From NCBI RefSeq assembly GCF_003704095.1, contig NW_020847478.1, positions 434,001 to 498,000 on the forward strand: 64,000 nucleotides of DNA. The letters are read 5' to 3'. The notes under the pieces were generated by a model, which had not been told where the DNA came from, did no database searches, and worked only from the letters and a program-made list of their open reading frames with translations. The translations under genes were made by a program, and so were the position numbers. Origin of the DNA: Pocillopora damicornis. Its lineage: Eukaryota. The first letter of the stretch is position 1; each line of letters opens with the position of its first letter. This document shows, piece after piece, positions 13,853 to 24,278 of this stretch.

Positions 13853-15436
13853 TTAGTTGAGGTCGACATGCACAAACAGCAGATGTATGGCTGTTGTAAG
13901 GAAAGGCATCAACAGTGTCAACAGAACAGCCTTGACACCTGTCAAATCAATGCCTAGGATCCGAATACCTCTTCCATTTTCCAAGTATCCTTTCACCTTA
14001 TTCAGGATTTCATCATCATCAAACAGGTAATCCCCCTCTCGCTGCTCACTGTACTTGAGATCTTGGACAACCTCAGGTAGACTGGTCATTATCTTGTGCA
14101 GCTTGGCCAGGAAAACTATTGGGAGGCTGTATAATACCAGCATTTCCAGGAAATCTGCCAATGCACCACAGATGATTTTGGTGATCATCCATCCGTCTGT
14201 CTTTGAAACAGTGTGCTTCTTAAAGGCCTGGGATTGTGTGGTATTTTTATTAACTTTGGAATCTGCTAGCCTCAGGTATATAGCCAGTTGCTGTGGCTGG
14301 GAGTAGTTTTGCTTGCCAATATCAACAATACTGTTTGGATCTCGTGGAGTTTCCCTTGCTCTTGCTAGTTCTGCTTGGTCAGTGTAGGTCTGTTTGTAGT
14401 AGCTTTCCGTTTGAATACGTTCCGCAAATGAAAAAATTGACGGAATGAGGAGAATCAGCAACAACAGTAGATGTATCAATAAGAATGGTTGGAAAGCCCT
14501 CTCTGCTCTGCGGATCGTAATTTTGATGTCGATAAACCGATTTCTTATTTTTTCTTTACCTTCGCGCCACTTTTGTACCTGCTCCTTGAAGAAACGAACT
14601 CGACTAAAGATAATGTATACCTCGAAAATGAACACTATGAATATCGGCAGAGCCACAAGTCGCGCCAGAACCGAAAGTAGAAGAGAGAGAACGATTTCTT
14701 TCAGATCGAACGATTCCACTTTCTCAGTGGTTATGTTCATCTGAGTGACTCTGGAAAAAACTGGCACAACGAAAACACCAATCAACACAGCTGCGCCTGT
14801 CTTGAAGATCGTACGTCGAACTTTCTTCCAGTATCGCCTGGTTAGAATCACCTCAGACAGCATTCTTTCAAGGTGGCGCTTTCTAAAGTAATATAACCCA
14901 AGAATGTATATCTCGAGGTACCTGAGAGACCAGACGATGTTTTTAGCGGCTGTCACTGTTTCTTTTAATTCTTCCTCAATCAACGATCTGTTGTGAAATG
15001 CGCCCATATCGTAGGCATAACAGATACAAAAGAAAATTACTATCAAACACTGCATCATAGACCAAAACGCCTTGCGTTTGATTGACGCGTTTTGAGGGTA
15101 CCACTGGAATGTGATGAACTCAAGGTAGAACCGCAGCCACTTCAGACGGGAAGAACTCAAGCTTAGATTTATGAAAGCGTCGTCTCTGGTCACAGGCTTG
15201 CTATCGTCGATCCAGGCTGTTTCTATATCACTGTCACTGTCTCCATAAGCTGTTTCTTCTTCACATTGTTGCGACACGCTAGAGGTCATAGACGAAGTGC
15301 GATCTCTGACACCTTGGAAGTCACTGTCGATCTTCCCTGTCGCGTGTGCTGTTTCTTCGTAGTTGTTCTCTGTTTGTATAGTAATAGATCCTCTGTCGTC
15401 ACCAAAATGATAAACGGGTCTATGTCCAGAGGCCAT
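13853..15436 (-). CDS. Intronless 527-aa multi-pass membrane protein with 7TM ion-channel (Grl/DUF3537-like) topology
   Basis: Single long ORF with seven hydrophobic segments, a long basic helical loop after TM4, and a C-terminal YLENGRGIRILGIDLT + hydrophobic helix resembling the TM7a/b region of Gr-like/DUF3537 proteins. No class A GPCR motifs. Confidence 0.7.
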   Translation of the reverse strand: MASGHRPVYHFGDDRGSITIQTENNYEETAHATGKIDSDFQGVRDRTSSMTSSVSQQCEEETAYGDSDSDIETAWIDDSKPVTRDDAFINLSLSSSRLKWLRFYLEFITFQWYPQNASIKRKAFWSMMQCLIVIFFCICYAYDMGAFHNRSLIEEELKETVTAAKNIVWSLRYLEIYILGLYYFRKRHLERMLSEVILTRRYWKKVRRTIFKTGAAVLIGVFVVPVFSRVTQMNITTEKVESFDLKEIVLSLLLSVLARLVALPIFIVFIFEVYIIFSRVRFFKEQVQKWREGKEKIRNRFIDIKITIRRAERAFQPFLLIHLLLLLILLIPSIFSFAERIQTESYYKQTYTDQAELARARETPRDPNSIVDIGKQNYSQPQQLAIYLRLADSKVNKNTTQSQAFKKHTVSKTDGWMITKIICGALADFLEMLVLYSLPIVFLAKLHKIMTSLPEVVQDLKYSEQREGDYLFDDDEILNKVKGYLENGRGIRILGIDLTGVKAVLLTLLMPFLTTAIHLLFVHVDLN

Positions 15437-16101
15437 GATTCAACGAACAAGGACTGAACAATCTGCTATAGTCAAGCTATAGTTTACGTCAATATAGGTT
15501 ACTCTTAGGCGTGATTTAGGGGATTCCCCTCTATCGCTTTCCATTTGATTCTGGCGCTTTGCCACTTCAAGAAAACAAGAAAAGCGCCCTTTTCAATTGC
15601 ATAACAAAGCACACTAAGTAAGAAATGCTTAAATCATGAATGTATCATAGATTTCTCTGGTATATCATGCGATAATAAAGCTTTTGTAAGTTGTAGGCCG
15701 TCAAATACAATGCGTGTTTGGAATACAGTCCTACTGCTATTTTCTTCTAGATGTGTCTCGACTTATCTCTGGACTTTGAAGTGTAAATTTTTAAAATAGT
15801 CGGTTTTAGTTTCCGTTGAAACCCGAAAGGAAATATATCACCTGCTTCAAAGAGTAGCAGTCATTAATGCACAAAAGTCTGTTGTATCGTAAATAAAGTT
15901 TTCCACGAAAAACGCTCGCGCATCATTTACTTTTTTGAGAGGTACGCAATACTATCTACGCATACTCCCATTTCCGGGAAAGCAAAAGCAAAGCGGTTCG
16001 GAAATAGTGGTTCGCAGCATTCACTCGCTTTGAATTTAGCGAGTTATCCTCGTTTGAAAATTGTACAGACAAACCGAAAGCTGCCTTTGTCTTTCTTCAA
16101 A
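15437..16101. promoter_or_regulatory. Divergent promoter with NF-kB, STAT (GAS) and IRF/ISRE-like motifs
   Basis: GGGGATTCCCC at 15519-15529; TTCCACGAA at 15901-15909; TTCCGGGAA at 15972-15980; TTCCGTTGAA at 15811-15820; TTTTAGTTTC at 15804-15813; AAACCGAAAG at 16071-16080. Confidence 0.6.
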
Positions 16102-16545
16102 ATGCCATGGTCAGCAACTCAACAAAAAAGGCTTGGATTCGAGAAAAATATTCTCGAGAAGTACTTCGGTAACAGAGTTTCATGGATCAATCCAACTAGC
16201 GATACGAAGGTTGAAGTAAGGGTAACAACCACCAATGATAAACAGTATACTCTCAGAGTGTACATTCCAAGAGATTTTCCGAATTCATGCCCGGATATGA
16301 TTGTCAGTAACCCTTCGTCCTGTCTGAGAATGAGAGACGGTTCTGTGATGAGCGCTTTGAGTGGGCTAAACCATACAATGGGCGGCAGAGATGGCTGTAC
16401 TCAGATCTGCCATTTTAAGCCGAACTTGTGGAAAGATGACAACACTCTGTACCAAGTGGTTATGAAAGGGCTGATATGGCTGGAGGGATACGAAGCACAT
16501 CTTCGCACTGGGCAACCTTTGAGTAATTACTTGCAAGAGATGTAA
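16102..16545 (+). CDS. Intronless 147-aa atypical ubiquitin-conjugating (E2/UBC-fold) protein, prokaryotic-E2-like
   Basis: ATG at 16102 in aaaATG context. Helix 1 QQKRLGFEKNIL, YTLRVYIPRDFPNSCP (UBC 'YP..PP' region), NHT in place of HPN, ICH with a Cys at the catalytic position, then W..DNTLYQVVMKGLIWLEGYE. Confidence 0.72.
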   Translation: MPWSATQQKRLGFEKNILEKYFGNRVSWINPTSDTKVEVRVTTTNDKQYTLRVYIPRDFPNSCPDMIVSNPSSCLRMRDGSVMSALSGLNHTMGGRDGCTQICHFKPNLWKDDNTLYQVVMKGLIWLEGYEAHLRTGQPLSNYLQEM

Positions 16546-17668
16546 ACAAATCGGCTGAGGACAGGAAAATAATTGTGGATCGAGACAAACACTTCTGTGA
16601 CAATAACATAAGTTCGTACATTTCTACTTGAGCCTGAACCTTGATCCTTCCGTTTGGGTAAATTTTTTTTATTGTTTAGATTTAGCGCTGGATGAAGTTT
16701 ATTTTTTCAAATCCCGGCTCTTATAGGATATCTGACCAAATAATTCACATGGCTAAACCTTCACTTCCGCGCTTTGAAGTCCATATTGTAATTATTATTA
16801 CCATTTTTATTTGTGTCGCTTTCCTGTATTATCCGATTTCTGCAAACTCTCTTGGAGTCAGGCGAAGGATCTTATTCTCCAAAGTGCTAGCAATATTGTG
16901 GGGGACTCGATCACATCCAATGACCTCCAAAATACATTTGTGCGATCCCGAAGGCGTCTGAAGGGTTGCTTGAAAGATGTTTATTTCGATCGCTTTCGCC
17001 GGTTTCTACAATCGAATGATTTGCGATTAGAATAGGATCTTACGTATGAACCTCTTATATCTTGATCTCGTATTGATTCTTTTTCATTTCAGTTGGTACA
17101 TTTTTTCGATAAGTCGGCTCCTTACCAGGCATTCCAATACTTAGTCAAAATACAAGTGACCATTACCCTCTCTTTCTCCTCGTCTCTATAACAAATGTTC
17201 AGTTTTGAGTGTCACGCGAGGCACAGAGGAGGAAATGAAAAACCATTCCGTTTTAGTGAACAATCACTTCTCGTCAAGTCAAGAAAGGCCTTCTCCACGT
17301 TCAGAGCAAATGAAAGTTAACATCGAACCTCTTTTTCTACATGAGGCTCAAAACTGCCTTTATTTAAAAGACAAGTTCAAATGAGAGAGAAAGATCGAGC
17401 AGGGGTGAGAGGAACGACTAACCNNNNNNNNNNGGAGGCTAACTAACTAAGAAGGTCAGGCCGTTTTAAAACACAACATATTCTGCTTCTTTTTTTTCAT
17501 CTGAATTGATTAATGTTAATTGGCCTCGTAAAGGATTTCTAATGCTGAGGTTTTGAGGTTAGCCCTTCGTCATCTCAGTTTCGGTGACTAGTGATGGATT
17601 TTAACTAGCCACCCCACTTCAGTGAATATTTGTTGGTTATACTACCTCCCGACATGCAGAAGAAGTAC

Positions 17669-18270
17669 CCAGTTACTTCGCCGACACATTTGGTCAACTC
17701 GCCGACAGTCGTAGTCAACCCTCTTTTCGAGTTTTAAGCTTAAAGATCTCAATCCCAGATTGATAGTCAGAGTTCAGTTAATGACTTCTTTAAACAAACA
17801 GCACATGCAAACCTAACTCAACCACTTCAGCAAGTGCATTGTTAAAAAAAAAAAATGACGCCCGTTATCTTGAATAAACATAATGAAGGTTTTTTCTTCA
17901 ACTTAATTGCCATTTGGCGCAAAGTGAGATATTTTGGCGTTTGATTTATTCAAAACATGAAAAAGTACTCGTGTTAATGTCAGTGAGAGAGGTGAAGGGT
18001 AAAAAAAGTCTACTATTTTCGGTACTGGTTTCGCTATACCCTCGAAACCGCTGACCTTCGATGATGATGCGGATACGACTAAGTTATACAACTAAATTGT
18101 TTTCAAGATCTCTTACAAGAAACTTCTAACGATACATCTACTACCATGCACTAAAAGATCGATTTAAATTTTATTTTCAGAGGGGACATAATCAGTCCTT
18201 TGAGCGTGACAAAACGTGTAACAAAAACAATTGTCGGCGAGTTGACCAAATGTGTCGGCGAAGTGACCGG
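17669..18270. mobile_element. ~600-bp MITE / non-autonomous DNA transposon
   Basis: ~39-bp terminal inverted repeats: CCAGTTACTTCGCCGACACATTTGGTCAACTCGCCGACA (17669-) and TGTCGGCGAGTTGACCAAATGTGTCGGCGAAGTGACCGG (-18270). TA lies at or next to both ends. No coding capacity. Confidence 0.85.
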
Positions 18271-19508
18271 TATCAACCCGCAAAGGAAAGGCCCGCAGAG
18301 TGTAACGCATAGGCGAGATTTCTAAATTCCGAGAAGGGATTGAGGAAGTTTGCTATGCAAAGTGTTTTTAATTTTCGCCCTTAAGGTTTTCCAAGTGATA
18401 TTTCTTCATCGATTTTTCTCAATTGATGCTGGTAATCATAGATAAATTTTGATGGGTCCAGTCTAAAGCCAATATACCTGCAACGGTTAGATCTGCTATT
18501 TAGTGAATGAACGCCCGTCCACAAGAACACGCTTTTCAAGTCCATCTGTGTCTTCTGTTTGGACTTGACCAACCTTTAATTTGAATCACAGGCCATTAAG
18601 TGAGACGGCGTTTTTGGGAAGAAGAAGACGTGAGAATTACAGAACTATTGAAGTCGGGTATCAAACCTTCTCCTATTTAGATAAAAGTAATCTTTCCTGG
18701 AAAAATAATCATACCAACTCCCTACTTAAAGTTGACAGGAATCGCGGTGAGGGTTTCAAAGAGATTAAAAAAAACTACCAGAGGAGACTCTGTCACCAAA
18801 ACTTTGAATATTAAGTACATTATCACGTTACAATACATAGTTGTGCTCGCGTGCTACAACAGCAAAAACAATAATCTCAATTCAAAAATATACCAATTAT
18901 TCGCACGCTACACTACAAAGATGGTCTTGAAAAAAACGAACGCTCCAATTTAAATTGAATTAATCACCATTTATCAGAGGATTTAAATATTGCTAGCAAG
19001 CACTGCTGTCAATTCACTATAAAATTGTGCTTATGGTAAAAGAACCTTCCCTTAAAGAATACCGATTTTTTTTTGTGTATTTGACCATCCGTGGCTGTCT
19101 CAGAGACGCACTGCGCTAGTAATGGAGAAATATTTCCTTTCAATACAACTTCTACGATAGAGAAACTCGTACACCTAAATAAAGATTTTCCCGCAGAACC
19201 GCAGATTGTACGGTTTTTCTTATTCAGGTGAGCAGAAATAAACGCAAAGCGAGCGCTGGCCAAGCGTAACAGAAGGAGCTCGAGAAAATGACTCCTTCCG
19301 ATCACGCATGCCTCGCCCTTCAAGTTTGCCTCCGCGCGCCTGAACAAGGAAAGACAATTTCGCCCGTTCTGCAGGTTATATCAAGAGGTGCAACGACTAG
19401 TATCACTTTTCTTTTCATTTGTATCCGTTCCCAATCAAGATGGGAACGGTCAATTTAAGCGACCGATTTTACCAGAGTAAATTGACGAGGGTGGCAGGAA
19501 ACTAAAGT

Positions 19509-21244
19509 TCAGTATGCTTCGATATCTGAATCATTAATATCTTCTTCATCTTCAGCTTCGTCAGGATCAAACGTTACCAGAGAGGAAGGAGAAGATCCAG
19601 AGGGGTTCAGTCGTTCGGTGGCTTCCAGAGCCACGGGGAAACGCTGATGGTAGCGCTTCAAAGTGAGATACTTGACGGCAACAAGACGACCTGCAAATCA
19701 AAGATTAAACCCACCGTTAGCGGGAAAATAATTAACTCTCAGTAAATGTCGCGTTTTCTTTATTCGGAATTCCAGTGACAAATGAGAAAGTTCATCCAAC
19801 CGATCCGTTTACAACCTCTCGATAAGGACTAATTTGATCAAAAGTAAATCCTTCTGATTCCTATGGTATAGGCACCAAAAAGAGACTGAACTAAATTCTA
19901 AAATTAAACTCTGCAAAACCTTACCATCAAACCAACATCCGTGGAGACTTCGAAAGGCTAGGCCTGCTGAACTGTGTGTGTCACACTTAACATACACACA
20001 TCCCTGAAAGAAATATACCGGTACAAACCATAACCATGTATTTCACGAGTCAAGATGGGTGTTGCGGCTGGTCGACGCCCAGCCGTCGCTTGGTTACCCA
20101 TACGGGACATTTAAGTTTTTGTGCATGCGCGGTACCGAGTTTAAACGTCTTTATCACGTTTATTTTTTCGATTTTCTTGGTCTCGATGTTAGGTTAAACA
20201 ATGTAAAATTTTTTGAGAGTCTCAAAGCCTTCGTGACGGATTTTGGATTAAAGGTTCATATTTCAAATGTTAGTCACAGTTCGCGGCAATAATAGGAAAC
20301 ATTCGAAGAAGAGCAACACATTAATTACAAAGGTAAAAAAATGTATCGTACCTCGCTGGAACTCTTATCCACTGCTATGTGAACAACACCTGCTCCATTC
20401 TCAATGCACTTCTCTAATATGGCATCTTCAATCATCACATGCCAGCCATCTTCAGTTTCGCTACAACAGTCAACATGCGATCAGAACAGGTAAAAGATGA
20501 GAACAGGGAGAAATTTGGGGAGGGTAGTGTGGAGCGTCCAGCCCCTCGTTTTATTCAAGTTAACTCTCAACACCCTAACATCAGTATCCATATTCTCCAT
20601 ACTATTCCTTACACATTTCCTTTGGTATTGAAGAGGAGAATTCGTTTGACAATCAAAGGTTGTTGGGTTGGTGATCATTTCCTTTATTCTCATGATCCTA
20701 CTGAATGATTCAGCAGTATTATGGTTGGGAGAAATTAGATGCCGGTCACTCTTACAAGGGTTAATAGGGTAAGGGACCAGTCCCCTTGTAATATATCTAC
20801 TGAAATTTCTAGGCACAAATGAGAAGTGAGAAATTGGAATTTTGAAATCTAACTCTACCAATTCTTCTTCGTTGGTGAAAACTCTTGTTGATTATGCATC
20901 ACTTTTTACATGCAGCATGGGAAATGGTTTATTGAAGATGCTTGTATTGAACATAAAATCTTAATAGAGAAATTTCATTACTGAACAACTTCAAATAGAA
21001 AATATGAAATTTGGTTGCCATGAAATGAAAGAAAAACATGATCTTGTGACGAAATGACAACCTAATGCAGTAATAACACAAAAAAGAAAGATCCTACTCT
21101 ACACAACCACAACGTATAATTATAACACAACTGTAATTGTTAATGTTGTACTTACACATCTGGATCAAACATGTTCCTTATTTTCAAACAGGGTGTTGGA
21201 CTGATCACAGGAGGATTAACAGCAGACTGGAAGTTTTCAAATGC
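19509..21244 (-). CDS. LEMD3: MAN1/LEMD3 3' exons (RRM/UHM domain), intact copy
   Basis: Exons >21244-21156 ([15 protein letters not shown]), 20460-20352 ([21 protein letters not shown]), 20003-19925 ([19 protein letters not shown]) and 19690-19509 ([21 protein letters not shown]) match the MAN1 C-terminal domain. Confidence 0.92.
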
Positions 21245-21379
21245 NNNNNNNNNNNNNNNNNNNNNNNNNNNNNNNNNNNNNNNNNNNNNNNNNNNNNNNN
21301 NNNNNNNNNNNNNNNNNNNNNNNNNNNNNNNNNNNNNNNNNNNNGGATCCTTTTTTAGTTATTTAACATCATTTTGCAG

Positions 21380-22768
21380 CATTTGAAAACTTCCAGCCTG
21401 CTGTTAATCCTCCTGTGATCAGTCCAACACCCTGTTTGAAAATAGGGAAAATGTTTGATCAAGATGTGAAAGTACAACATTAACAATTACAGTTGTGTTA
21501 TAATTATATGTTTTGGTTGTGTAGAGTAGGATCTTTCTTTTTTATGTTATTACTGCATTAGGTTGTCATTTCATCACAAGATCATGTTTTTCTTCCATTT
21601 CATGGTAACCAAATATTTTCTATTTGAAGTTGTTCAGTTATGAAATTTCTCTATTAAGATTTTATGTTCAATACAAGTATCTTCAGTAACTCATTTCCCA
21701 TGCTGCATGTAAAAAGTGATGTGTAATCAACAAGAGTTTTCACCAACGAAGAAGAATTGGTGGAGTTAGGTTTCAAAATTCCAATTTCTCACTTCTCATT
21801 TGTACCTAGAAATTTCAGTAGATATATTACAAGGGGACTGGTCCCTTACCCTATTAACCCTTGTAAGAGTGACCGGCGTCTAATTTCTCCTTACCGTTAT
21901 ACTGCTGAATCATTCATTATGATCATGAGAATAAAGGAAATGATCGCCAAACCAACAACCTTTGATTGTCAAACGAATTCTCCTCTTCAATACCAAAGGA
22001 AATGTGTAAGGAATAGTATGGAGAATATGGATACTGATGTTAGGGTGTTGAGAGTTAATTTGAATAAAACGAGGGGCTAGACGCTCCACACTACCCTCCC
22101 CAAATTTCTCCCTGTTCTCATCTTTTACCTGTTCTGATCGCATGTTGACTGTTGTAGCGAAACTGAAGATGGCCGGCATGTGATGATTGAAGATGCCATA
22201 TTAGAGAAGTGCATTGAGAATGGAGCAGGTGTTGTTCACATAGCAGTGGAAAAGAGTTCCAGCGAGGTACGATACATTTTTTTACCTTCGTAATTTTTGT
22301 GTTGTTCTTCTTCCTATGTTCCTATTATTGCCGCGAACTGTGACTAACATTTGAAATATGAACCTTTAATCCAAAATCCGTCACGAAGGCTTTGAGAAAA
22401 CTCTCAAAAAATTTTTCATTGTTTAACCTAACATTGAGACCAAGAAAATCGAAAAGATGAACGTGATAAAGAGGTTTAAACTCGGTGCCCTCGTGGCACC
22501 GTTCCAGGATGCCCGCCACCGCGCATGCACAAAAATGTCCCGTATTGGTAACCAAGCGACGGCTGGGCGTCGACCAGCTGCAACACCCATCTTGACTCGT
22601 GAAATACATGGTTATGGTTTGTACTGGTATATTTCTTTCAGGGATGTGTTTAATTATTTTCCCGCTAACGGTGGGTTTAATCTTTGATTTGTAGGTCGTC
22701 TTGTTACGGTCAAATATCTCACTTTGAAGCGCTACCATCAGCGTTTCCCTGTGGCTCTGGAAGCCACC
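21380..22768 (+). pseudogene. LEMD3: Degenerate second copy of the MAN1/LEMD3 3' exons
   Basis: Same exons as 19509-21244, but the donor is GT->GA at 21468, KIRNMFDP->KIGKMFDQ, W->R (DGWH->DGRH), and a ~260-bp deletion near 22650 removes most of the GCVYVKC..WFDG exon and its donor. Confidence 0.85.
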
Positions 22769-23816
22769 NNNNNNNNNNNNNNNNNNNNNNNNNNNNNNNN
22801 NNNNNNNNNNNNNNNNNNNNNNNNNNNNNNNNNNNNNNNNNNNNNNNNNNNNNNNNNNNNNNNNNNNNAGCGCTCGCTTTGCGTTTATTTCTGCTCACCT
22901 GAATAAGAAAAACCGTACAATCCGCGGTTCTGCGGGCAAATCTTTATTTAGGTGTACGAGTTTCTCTATCGTAGAGGTTGTATTGAAAGGAAATATTTCT
23001 CCATTACTAGCGCAGTGCGTCTCTGAGACAGCCACGGATGGTCAAATACACAAAAAAAATCGGTATTCTTTAAGGGAAGGTTCTTTTACCATTAGCACAA
23101 TTTTATAGTGAATTGACAGCAGTGCTTGCTAGCAATATTTAAATCCTCTGATAAATGGTGATTAATTCAATTTAAATTGGAGCGTTCGTTTTTTTCAAGA
23201 CCATCTTTGCAGTGTAGCGTGCGAATAATTCGTATATTTTTGAATTGAGATCATTGTTTTTGCTGTTGTAGCACGCGAGCACAACTATGTATTGTGGCGT
23301 GAAAATGTACTTAATATTCAAAGTTTTGGCGACAGAGTCTTCTCTAGTAGTTTTTTTTTTTAATCTTTTTGAAACCCTCACCGCGATTCCTGTTAACTTA
23401 AAGAAGGGAGTTGGTATAATTATTTTTTCAGGAAAGATTACTTTTATCTAAATAGGAGAAGGTTTGATACCGACTTCAATAGTTCTGTAATCCTCACGTC
23501 TTCTTCTCAAAAACGCCGTCTCACTTAATGGCCTGTGATTCAAATTAAAGGTTGGTCAAGTCCAAACAGAAGACACCCATAGACTTGAAAAGCGTGTTCT
23601 TGTGGAAGGGCGTTCATTCACTAAATAGCAGATCTAACCGTTGCAGGTATATTGGCTTTAGACTGGACCCATCAAAATTTATCTATGATTACCAGCATCA
23701 ATTGAGAAATCGATGAAGAAATATCGCTTGGAAAACCTTAAGGGCGAAAATTAAAAACACTATGCAAAGCAAACTTCATCAATCCCTTCTCGGAATTTAG
23801 AAACCTCGCCTATGCG

Positions 23817-24278
23817 AAATTAAATATTCAGCGGAGATTCAAAGATCCGAAACTTTGGGCTCAAGAAGGGAGAATGGAAAATTTAAATGCTTGGAAAGAC
23901 GAAGAAAATAAAACAAAGCTTCTAGCTGCTTTTATACTAGGTACTCTTTTTTTCTGGGTCCCTGGTTACGTTTGCGACGTTGCCGACGCATTCACAAACG
24001 AAAAGTGTCTCCCGCGCTCAATCTATTTGTTGAGCACTTTTCTCTTCAACGTCTCACATTGCGTGAAACCGCTAATTATTGCGGCCATAGATGGAGACTT
24101 TGCCACGGAATTTAAAAGAATCCTCAAATTTCGCAAAATCAGGAGAGTTGTCGACGTAAATGTGCAAGGAAACAAGCTTGGAGGAGATCCAAAGTTTATG
24201 CCGGAAACCAGGAAGTATTATTGCCAAACGGAAGATGATGATGCAAATTTGACTAAGGCGAACGACTCTAATGTGTGA
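23817..24278 (+). pseudogene. 3' half (ICL3-TM6-TM7-tail) of a rhodopsin-class GPCR, 5'-truncated at the duplication junction
   Basis: KTKLLAAFILGTLFFWVPGYV (TM6 FxxxWxP) and STFLFNVSHCVKPLIIAAIDGDFATEFKRIL (TM7/helix 8). Upstream of 23817 the sequence switches without a gap to the MAN1 3' flank, so TM1-5 are absent. Confidence 0.75.

Larger units (their letters stand above)
18306..23816. repeat. Duplicated segment in inverted orientation: 18306-21244 vs 21379-23816
   Basis: Near-identical reverse-complement arms on either side of an N gap; the second arm contains another gap (22769-22868). Confidence 0.9.

Noticed and set aside
16030-16101. Upstream TTG start for the E2-like ORF (171 aa)
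   Set aside because: Non-ATG start in a eukaryote; ATG 16102 has good context and begins the fold.
20439-22738. Duplicated 89-137 aa ORFs
   Set aside because: They span MITE, intron and antisense MAN1 sequence and recur only because of the duplication.
18306-23816. Giant palindrome or foldback element
   Set aside because: The arms are MAN1 gene sequence and the centre is an N gap; contig mis-orientation explains it better.
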